Positions 40,586 to 53,204 of a stretch of DNA of 64,000 nucleotides are shown one piece after another; the first letter of the stretch is position 1; each line of letters starts with the position of its first letter. Under the pieces are notes generated by a model, which did not search any database, was not told the origin of the DNA, and worked only from the letters and a program-made list of their open reading frames with translations. Both the position numbers and the translations under genes were made by a program. Source of the stretch: Octopus sinensis (Eukaryota); assembly GCF_006345805.1 (NCBI RefSeq), contig NC_043011.1, forward strand, positions 46,202,464 through 46,266,463, written 5' to 3'.

Positions 40586-41178
40586 GAGTGGCTGTGTGGT
40601 AAGTAACTTGCTTACCAACCACATGGTTCTGGTTTCAGTCCCACTGCATGGCAACTTGGGCAAGTGCCTTCTACTATAAACTTGAGCTGATCAAAGGTTT
40701 GTGAGTGGATTTGGTAGACAAAACTGAAAGGAACCTGTCATACAACCACATGTGGATCTTTGGTGATCTTTTTTTTCCCTCCATCTACCTTTTCTCTTGG
40801 ACTCTCCTCCGTCTCCTGTTTCTGATGAAGAGCTTTACTCAAAACATAAAACTACCTTTCTCTCCTTCCCTAAGCATCTGCTAATACTTTACCTGTACCA
40901 CGTCCTTGCGTTGTTGTTTTTTCTTGTTGCATTTGTTCCTAATTTTATAAATCTATATATGTATATGTTTATGTGTCTGTATTTGTCCCACTACCATCAC
41001 TTGACAACCGATGTTGGTGTGTTTATGCCCCCGTAACTTATTGGTTTGGCAAAAGAGACCGATAGAATAAGTCCTAGGCTTACAAAGAATAAGTCCTGGG
41101 GGTTGATTTGTTTGACTAAAAAGCAATGCTCCAGCATGGCCACAGTCAAAATTACTGAAACAAATAAAAGAGTAAAGA
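40586..41178 (+). mobile_element. SINE family A with a ~200-bp Penelope-like insert at its internal microsatellite position
   Basis: SINE halves 40586-40741 and ~40950-41178. Confidence 0.85.
40742..40950 (+). mobile_element. Penelope-like pLTR fragment with decayed minimal hammerhead
   Basis: 40818-40852 GTTT-CTGATGA-A-GAG(CTTTA)CTC-AAAA-CA-TA-AAAC; related to 9862-9982. Confidence 0.6.
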
Positions 41179-42036
41179 AATACTGAGATAAATTAAATTT
41201 ATTATACCTCTTCCCTAGAAAAATTCAGTCCAATATTATAGTCAAAAGAAATCAATACTGTATGAGAAGCATTGAGTTAGTAAGACCCACTGTAAACGAC
41301 AACCAGCAAGTAGATAAGACATAAAATAAGTTCATTCTATTAACAAGGGAATTAACACAGCAGATACAAAGCAATGGTAAGATAAAGAGCACTGGTTTTA
41401 AACCTGATCTGCAATAGATTCGTGAAGAAAGATATATTTTTTTTTATCGAATGTAGTCTTATGTGTGTTCAGTGTATCTTTAGGGATGCTGATCAAACAG
41501 CAATCAAGAAAACTGACTCTCCTGCCACAGATTATTTTCAATAATGTCTTTTCATGCGATTTAAATACAGCTAGGAGAAACTCATATTGATACAAGGTGA
41601 CAGGATCTTGTATTAAGGAGAGAAGTTGGCAACAAATGTGGAAAAAGTAAATTACAACAGAGGTAGGGGAATAAAGTTTCTGAGATATAAAGAAAATATT
41701 TGACTTGAGTTCAGACCCTAATTCAGTGTAATTTCGAATAATCTGAACAGCATTGATATTACCAAGTAGTAAAGCATTGTTCTAAAAGTTTTATGTTTTA
41801 CAATAGATCCATGTGCCTAGCTAATTCTCAATTTTTTCAGAATATTGCATTGGATGGCTTACAAAGTACACACATTTTTTTTTACCAAAAATGTCTCAGA
41901 AGTTCAGCCCAATTCTTATTAATGCAAAGTCAGAGTTTGAGTCACTAAGAAGTGATCATTAATATTGTAATATCCCATAAAAGAAACTGTAAGCATCACT
42001 CTTACTAAAACTGCTTCCAAAAGTTTACAATATTAT

Positions 42037-42598
42037 TATTATTATTGAGTGAGAGAGCAATGCATGCAATCAAAGTGACACGGGTAAATTATACGGAGCC
42101 CAGTATGCCCATCATGACTACCCATCTGATAAGGGTACACTAGGCACATACATCACAACCATATCTGCATACCATGGTGATCTCATATCAAGACGAACAG
42201 TGCATGACCTTTCAGGTGGGGCCCAGTTAGAACTTTCTTCAGGTCAAGTAGCCCATCCTGCTCAAAAGTTCCCTGAATAAGGGTTATTTAAAGATGTTGA
42301 ACAAAACACCCATGTTTCCAAAGGTGAATTATCCAAACCCCAAAGAATTCCTCTAAATACATGGCTATGATGCTCCCCCACTTCTTCTGCTTATGATGAG
42401 AGATGCACATATTGTCAGCCACTAAGGGACATGCTCAACTGGTTAAGGTCAAACAACTGACAAGCAAATCTGTGGTATTGAGCAGAATATTTGCTGTAGC
42501 CCATCTTTTATACCAAGACAAAACAATGTACATGATAACACTTCCAATCAGTTAAGATAAGAAGCCATGAGAGCCACTGATTGGTATTTTATCAGGGC

Positions 42599-42605
<7 letters not shown>
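42037..42605 (-). mobile_element. ~570-bp non-coding interspersed element inserted in (ATT)n; candidate Dong/R4-mobilised
   Basis: GC-richer block flanked on both sides by (ATT)n; Dong elements are known to target (TAA)n. Confidence 0.45.
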
Positions 42606-42662
<57 letters not shown>

Positions 42663-42683
42663 CATTATTATTATTAAGCTCTT

Positions 42684-42870
42684 GAACTGGCAGAAGTGTT
42701 AGCATGCTGGGCAAAATGCTGAACAGCATTTCGTCCATTTTTTCATTGTGTTCAAATTCTGATGAGGTCAACTTTGCCTTTTATCCTTTTGGGGTTGAGC
42801 AGTGGGGCTGATGTAATGGACTTTGCCCTTCCTCTGAACTCGCTGGTCATTGCCAAATTTTGAAATTGAT
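42684..42870 (+). mobile_element. SINE family E (degenerate)
   Basis: GAACTGGCAGAAGTGTTAGC...GTTCAAATTC...GGTCAACTTTGCC. Confidence 0.7.
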
Positions 42871-43151
42871 ATTATTTTCTTCATGTAAATACAATCCCCA
42901 GTCAGGAGGAAAATTAAGTGACAATGCTTGATCATATATGTAAACTAAAGATAAGTTATAAAGTAAACTTGACACTCAATGTTTTCATTAATGTGAAGCC
43001 TAAGTGATATTTGTTTAATTGATAGAAACATTCTATATTTGGTTTAACAATGATAAGGTAGACATTCTGGATAAAACTGTTTAATTAAAAGGAGAATATT
43101 TGTTTAACTGATAAACACAAACAACCCTTTCTTAGTTGAAGATTCTTTCAG

Positions 43152-43377
43152 GTTTACAATTTTTACATTACCTCAATCCCAGCATAATGGAATCAGAGAG
43201 AAAAGATGCCTCCACAATGTTTATGAGTTATAATACAACAGCCCCGAGAAGAAATGGCAACAGAAATGCTGCTAACTATTTTTTGGACTACTTCCAACTG
43301 AGAAAAAAAAAATGGTACATGCTTGAAAAGAACAAGAAAAATCGAAGCACAAAAGCTCAACTACGATATTTTGAAAC
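43152..43377 (+). CDS. Candidate internal coding exon (226 nt, phase 1 to phase 2)
   Basis: GATTCTTTCAG acceptor and AAC|GTAAGT donor closely bracket a ~75-codon open frame; C-terminal LRKKKWYML...AQLRYFE is loosely PH-domain-like. Confidence 0.45.
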
Positions 43378-44254
43378 GTAAGTAGATGAAATATTGGGTT
43401 GTAGATTAAAGAAACAATGGTTTAATAATAACGAAAAATAATACTAAAAATTATTTCTTTAAAATAATCTTTGAAGATAAGCTGAAGGTAACTGCAAACG
43501 ATAATGTTTTTTTGGTTTTCTTTTGATGGACTAGTAAACAGTTCTTATCAAATTTATGATCAATAGAAAATTAATTTCACCCCTTGTTATATTTTAAAAA
43601 TCTACTAAAACTATGAAAAAGAATGTTGATAAATAATATAAAAGACTGACTGAAATTTTTTTTTTTAATACAAAGTTTGGGTTCTTTGAATATTTTGGAC
43701 GTTATTCAAGGTTCTTTCTTATTCCCTATTTCTGTTATATTGTACTCTTTTCAAAATCACATCAAATTATATAACTTTCATATTTCCAAAAGTTGCAGTA
43801 GAATCTGAACCCAATCAGTCAACATCATAACTCAAACCAACAGACTATGTAGCTTTGTCTATTCTGTTTCAAGTTTTAACAGTGGAGATGAATCATTTTG
43901 TAAAATATAAGCAAAGGGAAAAGAAAAAATTGAACAAAACAGGGTATTTTTGCCATAAATATAATAATGGGCATTAAAACAATATATTAGCAAATGGCAC
44001 ATTTTATATGGTGATATTAAAACAAAACTTAAAGAACTTTATATTACAGATTTTGTATTTCCGCAAAATATGTATGTAAGAATATCTTGGTGAGACTGTG
44101 AAACACAGCTTTAATATGTCAATAAATAATAAAATAAGTTATAGTTGTTTTATGTAAGTGGTCTGGCTTCTTCATGATTATTTAAGAATTTAATCCAAAC
44201 ACATATGGAGTATATTCTAGAAATATATTTTGAGTCAAGTACATCAACATCAAA

Positions 44255-44612
44255 ATAAATATCAAATGGAAATTGTAGTTGTGATACTTGCGCCGGTGAC
44301 ATGTAAAAAGCACCATCCGAACGTGGCCGATGCCAGCGCCACCCTGACTGGCTTCCGTGCCGGTGGCACATAAAAAGCACCAACCGATCATGGCTGTTGT
44401 CAGCCTCCTCTGGCACCTGTACCGGTGGCACGTAAAAAGCACCCACTACACTCACGGAGTGGTTGGCATTAGGAAGGGCATCCAGCTGTAGAAACACTGC
44501 CAGATCAAACTGGAGCCTGGTGCAGCCTCCTGGTTTCCCAGACCCCGGTTGAACTATTCAACCCATGCTAGCACGGAAAATGGACGTTAAACGATGATGA
44601 TGATGAGGATGA
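44255..44612 (+). mobile_element. RTE-type LINE 3' UTR fragment with (GAT)n tail
   Basis: Family consensus ending GGACGTTAAACGATGATGATG. Confidence 0.8.
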
Positions 44613-44865
44613 TTATAGTACCTGGAAATATATTGTAACAAAAGGATTAAATATAGTTTTCTTTTTTCTTTTTTATGAGCAGCATTGATATTTCATAAGA
44701 AACTGAATGCAATAAACTTTAAATGATCTGATGAGAAGGACTACAAATAACAAGCAGAAATATACTTCTGTGTTTCAAAACTATTTTTGAAGAAACAATC
44801 TGAGAAAACTGAGGTGCATCTTATTAGTTCTGTCAGTTTTATGAGCTATCAAATTATTTATTAGG

Positions 44866-45244
44866 AGCACTCCGTCGGTTACGACGATGAGGGTCCCAGC
44901 TGATACGATCAACGGAACAGCTTGCTCGTGAAATTAACATGCAAGTGGCTGAGCATTCCACAGACACGTGTACCCTTACGTAGTTCTCGAGGAGATTCAG
45001 CGTGACACAGAGTGTGACAAGGCTGTCCCCTTTGAAATACAGGTACAACAGAAACAGGAAGAAAGAGTGAGAGAAAGTTGTGGTGAAAGAGTACAGCAGG
45101 GTTCACCAACACCCCCTGCAGGAGCCTTGTGAAGCTTTAGGTGTTTTCGCTCAATAAACACTCACAATGCCTGGTCTGGGAATCGAAACCGCGATCCTAC
45201 GACCGCGAGTCCGCTGCCCTAACCACTGGGCCATTGCGCCTCCA
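44866..45244 (-). mobile_element. SINE family B
   Basis: Full-length reverse copy. Confidence 0.9.
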
Positions 45245-45561
45245 CTTGTTTTAACAACTAGAGTTTATGAAATGAGTATCATGAAATCAGTAGTATGTTA
45301 AGTTGACTTAACTACAAACCTCTCATTCAAATAGTGACTTTATGCTTAGGTGAAAGAGCTAAATATATATTAACATGTTGAAGTTGGCTCAGTCAAAGGC
45401 CCTTCTAATAGGCAAAAATCTAGCAGTGTGTCAAACTGAAATGAATGACTAATGTTACCCTATCATGATGAATATTGAATATAATCATTTACATCAGAGG
45501 TACAAAACCAGAAACATGAGCTGGAGGGAGGGCTGTTTAATTAACCTTAAGTAATAATAAA

Positions 45562-45814
45562 ATAAATGCACCCTTTTTAAAGCCTAGTCGGGCTCATGGG
45601 CCTGGTTTCCTGGTTTCCATGGTGTATGTGGTCCCCAGCTGGACTGGATGCCAGTCCATCGCAGCGTTACTAATTTTTGCCAGCTAAGTGGACTGGAGCA
45701 ACGTGAAATGAAGTGTTTTGCTCAAGAACCCAACACGTCGCCCGGTCAAGGAATCAAAATCACAATCTTATGATCATGATGCTGACACCCTAACCACTAA
45801 GCCACATGCCTCCA
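45562..45814 (-). mobile_element. SINE family D
   Basis: Reverse complement of 54600-54858. Confidence 0.85.
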
Positions 45815-46590
45815 CAATTAACCTTAAGTACTTGGCTGTAACTCTCTCAGTTCCAGAAGGATGGAGGATAAAAGTTGATTTCAGTGGAAGTCAGAACTCA
45901 AAAACACGTAACTAAATAACATAATGTTTTACAAATTCTACCAATCTATTAGTATGGTTTAATAAGAAGAAAAATATTTTGATTTTTATTTTCACTGAAG
46001 AATTGTTCTAGTATTTATGCATCTTTTCTCAAATCTCTTAGACTTATTTTGGTTAACAATTTTTTTAATGAATTTAAAATGAATTTAGAAGATAAAAACT
46101 GGTAAGAGAAGTAATATAAATTTTATAGAAACATTTTTTTAAATATTGATCATTTTTGAATAGACATAAAGCAAATCTTTTGTAAGAAGACAGACTTAGG
46201 TGATTCAGTAAAATTCACCATATTACATTGATACGACCTCAGTATATCATTGGCGCTCACTATAATTTGCTTGGAAAGACAAAAAGGCGAAATTAAGATT
46301 AATGGGAATTGTAGAAGAAATTTTGGTTGATTAGTCACTGAAGAAAGGACAACAACCTTCCATTATGTAGAATGAAATGCAAACTGGAGACAGTAAAGCA
46401 TCCGAGTTAGTGTTCTGCTGCTTGATTTATCAGTATTACTCTCAGTTTCAGAACAACAAATTCAGTAAATGCAAACATATTTAAATACAGCTTCCTTGCA
46501 AAAGAGTTTATAATTTATAGCCCAACTACTGATTAATGCTAACGAACATTAAAACTTAAGAAAAAGAAAACGGGATATATATATATATGC

Positions 46591-46644
<54 letters not shown>

Positions 46645-46673
46645 CTGTGTCTGTGTATGTATGTATATATATG

Positions 46674-46790
<117 letters not shown>

Positions 46791-46819
46791 CTGTGTATGT
46801 ATGTATATATATGTATATA

Positions 46820-47516
46820 TGACTAGAGACCGAGACCTATGGAAGTATGCTGTGCGTGAGAAGACCCGGCAAGACTAGTGAAGCCATAATCCATGGCCCC
46901 TACCTGGGACGTAGTCAGTCCACCTGTGCATACCTTCCTTCTTGTGACACTTGTGAAGACCTGTTGAGGCAAGTGAGAATCGAATCGAATCGAATCAAAT
47001 CAAATCAAATCGAACCAAATCAAAATAGATGAACATCAATGGAATTTGTATCCTTGTGGTACCAGTGCCGGTGGCACATAAGAAAACCATCCGAACGTGA
47101 TCGTAGCCAGTACCGCAACGACTGGCCTCCGTGCTGAGGGCACGTAACAAACACCATCCGAGCGTGGCCGTCTGCCAGCCCCGTCTGGCACCTGTGTCGG
47201 TGACACATAAGAAAACACCATCCGAGCGTGGCCGTCAGCCAGCCTCGTCTGGCACCTGTGTCGGTGGCACATAAAAAACACCATCCGAGCGTGGCCGTCT
47301 GCTAGCCTCGTCTGGCACCTGTGTCGGTGGCACATAAAATCACCCACTACACTCTCGGAGTGGTTGGCGTTAGGAAGGGCATCCAGCTGTAGAAACACTG
47401 CCAGATCTGACTGGCCTGGTGCAGCCTTCGGGCTTGCCAGACCCCAGTTGAACCGTCCAACCCATGCTAGCATGGAAAGCGGACGTTAAACGATGATGAT
47501 GATGATGATGATGATG

Positions 47517-47518
<2 letters not shown>
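46820..47518 (+). mobile_element. 5'-truncated RTE-clade LINE (ORF end, (AATCG/AAATC)n, ~59-bp units, (GAT)n)
   Basis: [18 protein letters not shown] at 46820-46878. Confidence 0.8.
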
Positions 47519-47562
<44 letters not shown>

Positions 47563-47779
47563 ATGTGTGTGTGTGTGTATGTATGTATGTATATATATAT
47601 ATATGTATGTGTATATATATATATATATCCAAATCATTTGCACTTCTGCAGATCCAAAGAAAATAGATTAAATTTGAAAATTACTTTTCCTTTCCACCCA
47701 ATTTCAATTTTCAATTGATCTATCAAGTTATAAAACATCAATATATTTTAGTAACTGACAACAACAACAATACACACAT

Positions 47780-47814
<35 letters not shown>

Positions 47815-48299
47815 TAAAAACATAAACATTTCTGCAAAATGCTAAAATCTCATTAAATAAACCAAATGACTTATAAAACGAAAATAAAGACATATCTCTA
47901 AGATTAACTAGACTTGCAGCAGAAAATAATATTTTCAATTTTATTTCTTCTGCCGTTTATATTGTATTGAAACTCTAACAATGGCTCGGCCCAAAAAACA
48001 AAAAAAAAACAATAAAAGTAAAACAATTGGTCTTATGATTACTAAGATAAAAACCGAATAATCAACTTCAATTTTCATTAAAATATTACCAAGACAGACG
48101 TCTTGGTAATAAATAAGAGATATAAATGAAAAAAGACGTGCCACATAAACAATAGGAAATTTATGTAGTGTAAAGAAATTGTAAAAAAGAAAGAAGTAAA
48201 ATCTAAGAGAAAGAATACACAAACACTTAAAAACACACTCACACAAACATTTTTTACTGTCAGTATGAACTTATAACCCAAGATTGGTCATTAATTACC

Positions 48300-48620
48300 T
48301 CTTAAAATCTAAGTTGCTATCACTGTGATCACCATGACCGACCAGGCTCTCAGATGTTGCTACATATCGCTGGTCACAATGCGCTTCACATTGTTTTAGC
48401 TTTCAAATGATGCCACCCCGCTGGCCAAGTGAGCAGGCCAACAGAAGAAAGAGTGAGAGAAAGTTGTGGCGAAAGAGTCAGCAGAAGTTCGCCATTACCT
48501 TCTGCCGGAGCCGCATGGAGCTTAGGTGTTTCACTCATAAATGCACACATCACCCGGTCTGAGATTGGAACCACCAATCCCTCAACAGCGAGTCCGCTGC
48601 TCTAACCATGTGCCTCCACG
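48300..48620 (-). mobile_element. SINE with family B head/body and a different tail
   Basis: GAGTGAGAGAAAGTTG...GGAGCTTAGGTGTTT body joined to an unrelated tail at 48300-48445. Confidence 0.7.
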
Positions 48621-48824
48621 GTTATACCATTACAATACACAAAGTATTTTAACAATTTTTTAATATAATTCCTAAAAATATCTAATTATAAAGATATAAT
48701 AATATTTTAAAACATCAAATGGCTATGAAGGTCCACCTGCATAAAACAAGAATCATAGGGGTCCACAGGCAAAAAATGGTTGAGAACCATTGATCTAGCA
48801 GAATACAGGTATCAGTTGGAAGGT

Positions 48825-49053
48825 TTAACCCTTTCATTACTGTATTTATTTTAAGATGCTCTCTGTTTCTTTCAATTACTTTAATTATAACAGAGAATTT
48901 AATAAAATGACTTAGTTATCATTCAGCTAGTGTTAGGAACATAAATTGTGACTAAGATTTGGTGGAAGATTTTATTTCAAAACTTATGAAAACAAGACAT
49001 TTGTACTCAGAGCCACAGCCAGTTTCAGCCGGGTTGGTATTGAAAGGGCTAAA
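48825..49053. mobile_element. piggyBac-like MITE copy 1
   Basis: TTAACCCTTTCATTAC ... GGTATTGAAAGGGCTAA terminal inverted repeats. Confidence 0.75.
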
Positions 49054-49063
49054 TTAATCATTT

Positions 49064-49293
49064 GTTAACCCTTTTGTTACCATATTTCTGTTGAGATGCT
49101 CTGTGTTTCTTTCAATTAATTTTAAATATAACAAAGAATTTAATAGAATAACTTAGTTATCATTAAGCTGGTGTTAGGAACATAAATTGTGACTAAGGTT
49201 TGGTGGAAGATTTTAATTCAAAACTTATGAAAACAAGACATTTGTACTCAGAGCCAGAGCCAGTTTCAGCCGGGTTGGTAATGAAAGGGTTAA
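49064..49293. mobile_element. piggyBac-like MITE copy 2
   Basis: TTAACCCTTTTGTTACC ... GGTAATGAAAGGGTTAA; TTAA at both ends. Confidence 0.8.
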
Positions 49294-49817
49294 TTCACCT
49301 CTGTAAGTAACAGCAACACTGTAAAATTAATGGATGTTTTGCAGTGGTCAATTTAACTCTCCCAGTGAATATGGCCAGGAATGCTGAGAATCAGCATATT
49401 ATTTCTCATATAGTTTTGCTTTAGTGTGTCATGGTCTCAAACGTTCAGATGTGGATTTATGATTTAGCTTTTTTTTAATGCAGATTTGTGCAATACACAC
49501 TTTTATTGTGGATGTGTGAACTGTGTGTACATAACAAGAACTTGAAAGCCATGTCTAAAGGTTTTATAGAGTAAACCTCGTACTATAAAAACCTGCAAAT
49601 GTTAGGTATAATGTTTGCCTAAGTCGTGTTTATATTAAGGGATGTTTATTTTCCAAATACCAATTGACAATTATAGCTGTCTCAGTATGAGGTTGGTAGC
49701 ATGAAACATTTAGGTACAGGCTAGAAATCAAAGTTACTATGCTCACATATAAATGTGTATATACAGACAGGAACATACATATGTGCATTGTATCTGTGCA
49801 TGAATAAGCAAATACAT

Positions 49818-49893
<76 letters not shown>

Positions 49894-49960
49894 GAGAGAG
49901 GAGAGAGAGAGACAGAGAGACAGAGGGAGAGAGAGAAAGGAGAAACAGACAGAGAAAGAG
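49818..49960. repeat. (GA)n microsatellite
   Basis: Directly visible. Confidence 0.95.
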
Positions 49961-51765
49961 TGAAATTGTAGAATAAGAATAGATATAATTAGATATATGT
50001 ATTTCAAAATCGACGTATAAGAAAACAGAAGTGAATCCAACACACATTCATACGAAAATACATATAAATATGTATGTTGCCATAAATCGTAAATGCATAA
50101 ACTAAAAAAAAAAAATTGCATTTGCCAAATCTTCCATTAGGTCTAATATACAAATATCTATAACACTTTCAACATCTTTTAAGCTAATATTTGGTATATT
50201 TTCAGTATTTAATAGTCTGGGGATGACTTACCTGACCACCAAATTGTTTACTTTACATCAAAAGAGTGATGGTTTATTTATTTTTTCTCTCTCGACCCCC
50301 TCCTTACATTTATTTGAAAATACTTAATCAATAATCAAAATTGGCAAGATACTTCAAAGCTCATTGGGAAATATATGTTCCTGTTGTTTTTTTCCTTCTA
50401 ATATTTCAAGATCAAACAAATAGGTATAAGATAATTTTTCCTTTGCTACAAGAGACCATTGATTTCAATGGAACTGATACAGGCAAAGAAATGAATTTTG
50501 TGTTACAAGTTTTCAAGCGACAGGCTTTTATCTAAAGAAGGGTTCGACATTTGAATGGTGTATAAAATTGACATAGAATTTTATACATTTATAGTCAGTG
50601 AACAACTGAATAAAGTTTTAAAATTTAAATAGCAGCGAACAGTGAAGATGACATATAAAAGGCCATTTCTTTGTTGTGATGGACAATTGGCATTAAGAAG
50701 TGAAGAATCGATACATTACATGTTTTAAAGGCTTTCCTACTTGAAAATAGTATTTTTCTTTCTTTTTTTATGAGAAAATATGCACATGTTGATAAGCAAA
50801 CATTACTTGATGAATATGTAACTTAGCCAAAAATTCTAATTCGTACTTCCGATACAAGAGATAAATATATAAAAGGAACTACATCTGTTTTCTAAAACAA
50901 GGTAACCATTGCCAACTTAGAAATACGACTGCGCAAGATAAAGATAATGGAAATAGTGATTTGTTTTTCACTACATACATTGCCAATTTGATTGAATGAC
51001 AAGGCATAGCCAATACCAGTATGTATAATTTTTATAAATTCTAAAAGAAAGTGAGGCAGACTTGATCCTGGTGGCATTGGTTTACAAAAAGAAGAACACA
51101 AGATTAACTACTAACAAGAGATACAGAGTAAAACCAAGAATCTGGAGATTCTGATGGTTTGAAATGGCAACAAATAGTAGTCAACAGAAGAGTTTAGTTA
51201 AGTTCAATTGCTAAGAAGAATAAAGAATCTTAAGTCATGGACCCTTGCCCTTTGCTGGAGAGAATATGAGAGAGTGACGGGGTGGAGAGAGGAGGAGAGA
51301 GAGAGGCATTGTAACTGGAGTTTCAGGTAAGTGAATAAGAAGAAATTGACATAAAGAAGCTATGGTGGGGACTGATGGGAGAAGACTGAAAAATAAATGT
51401 GAGAAGGTCAGGAATCTGGATGTGGGGGCGAACGAAGAAGGTTGAAGCAAGGAACTGAAGAAAAAAGGTTGAGAAAGCAAGTGTTTCAAATGAAGCAGAA
51501 TAAATAAAAGCCAGTGGGGTTTAGGCAAGAGTGGACAAAAGGGGGATGAAATAGTAAAAGGAAGGGATAAAGAGGAAGAGCACCTAAACATAACTATTCA
51601 TGAATGAAAACACCTATACACCACCCAAACAACAACGGTTATATAATTTTTCAAGTTTAGCTGTTTGGAATATTATTAATTTTGAACAAGCAGAAATGAA
51701 ATTGAAAGAAATATTTAGAGAATCAGTAGTAAAAATCATTATATACAAACATACACATACATCTT

Positions 51766-51818
<53 letters not shown>

Positions 51819-52246
51819 CATACATACACATGCATGCACACACACATACATATACACAAACAGATACAGCTGTATCATGTATACACACATTCAAATAGAT
51901 ATCTACATACACAGGACTTATATTCCTTATTTACAATAAGCACATACATACATACATTCATACATACATACATATATACATACATACATACTTACATTCA
52001 TACATACATACATACATATATACATACATACATACATACATGCGTACATACATATGTCCTTGTTTATTGACACAACCATGCACAAATAAACATGGAAACA
52101 TGTATAACAAAAAAGTATATACACTTATGCATACATGACTACATATACACTTGTAAACCTTTAAAACCTGAACGCAATATCAAAATAAATAGAAAACATA
52201 CAAACACATAATTAGTGAAATGATACACACATACATATACATACAT

Positions 52247-52294
<48 letters not shown>

Positions 52295-52509
52295 TAATCA
52301 ATATAGGGTGGCAAAAAAAATTTTGTAGAATTTTTTTGCCACCAGCGGCCTAGTGGGAAAAATTAAATAGTCATAGACCTTTAAAGTTCAACATCAACAA
52401 TCAAGGAACGGCCATAATAGGCCATTCACCCACTAGAAATAACAGCCAAAGCTTCAACCGCAAATAAAAGTCAATCCGTAAACAGGAGAAAATTTAAAAA
52501 ACATTTACC

Positions 52510-52628
52510 CTGTAATTCTTATACGATGCACCGTTTCGTCTGCTGTTTAATGGTAAACTAACCTGATTAAATTAAATCAAGCCAATCTTCCATAGGCCCT
52601 CAGATTCTTCAGTAGAAATAGCCACAGT
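52510..52628 (-). ncRNA. Type I hammerhead ribozyme, second copy (stem I disrupted by 1-nt indels as assembled)
   Basis: Reverse complement of 53205-53328. Confidence 0.6.
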
Positions 52629-53204
52629 CGGAACAGATATTTTCACGAGGCATTCCGACCCTGCCAAGTTAATATCTGACCTAAAATTTTCAAATCATCG
52701 CACTCGCGCCAAATTTATCGGCAGCAAATAAATATAAGCCGTCGATTCCATTACGGAATTAACCAGAAAATCATAATTAATCAATATAGGGTGGCAAAAA
52801 CAGCAGACGAAACGGTGCATCGTATAAGAAATTACAGGGTAAATGTTTTTAAATTTTCTCCTGTTTACGGAATTGACTTTTATTTGCGGTTGAAGCTTTG
52901 GCTGTTATTCTAGTGGGTGAATGGCCTATTATGGCCGTTCCTTGATTGTTGATGTTGAACTTAAAAATGGTCTATGACTATTTAATTTTTTCCCACTAGG
53001 CCGCTGGTGGCAAAAAAATTCTACAAAATTTTTTTTGCCACCCTATATTGATTAATTATGAATTTTCTGGTTAATTCCGTAATGGAATCGACGGCTTATA
53101 TTTATTTGCTGCCGATAAATTTGGCGCGAGTGCGATGATTTGAAAATTTTAGGTCAGATATTAACTTGGCAGGGTCGGAAATGCCTCGTGAAAATATCTG
53201 TTCC

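Noticed and set aside
42759-42765. CTGATGA hammerhead core
   Set aside because: Mutated CCGCCGA segment of SINE E; no GAAA or stems
51235-51591. 118-aa minus-strand ORF
   Set aside because: Product of purine/pyrimidine strand bias (low complexity)
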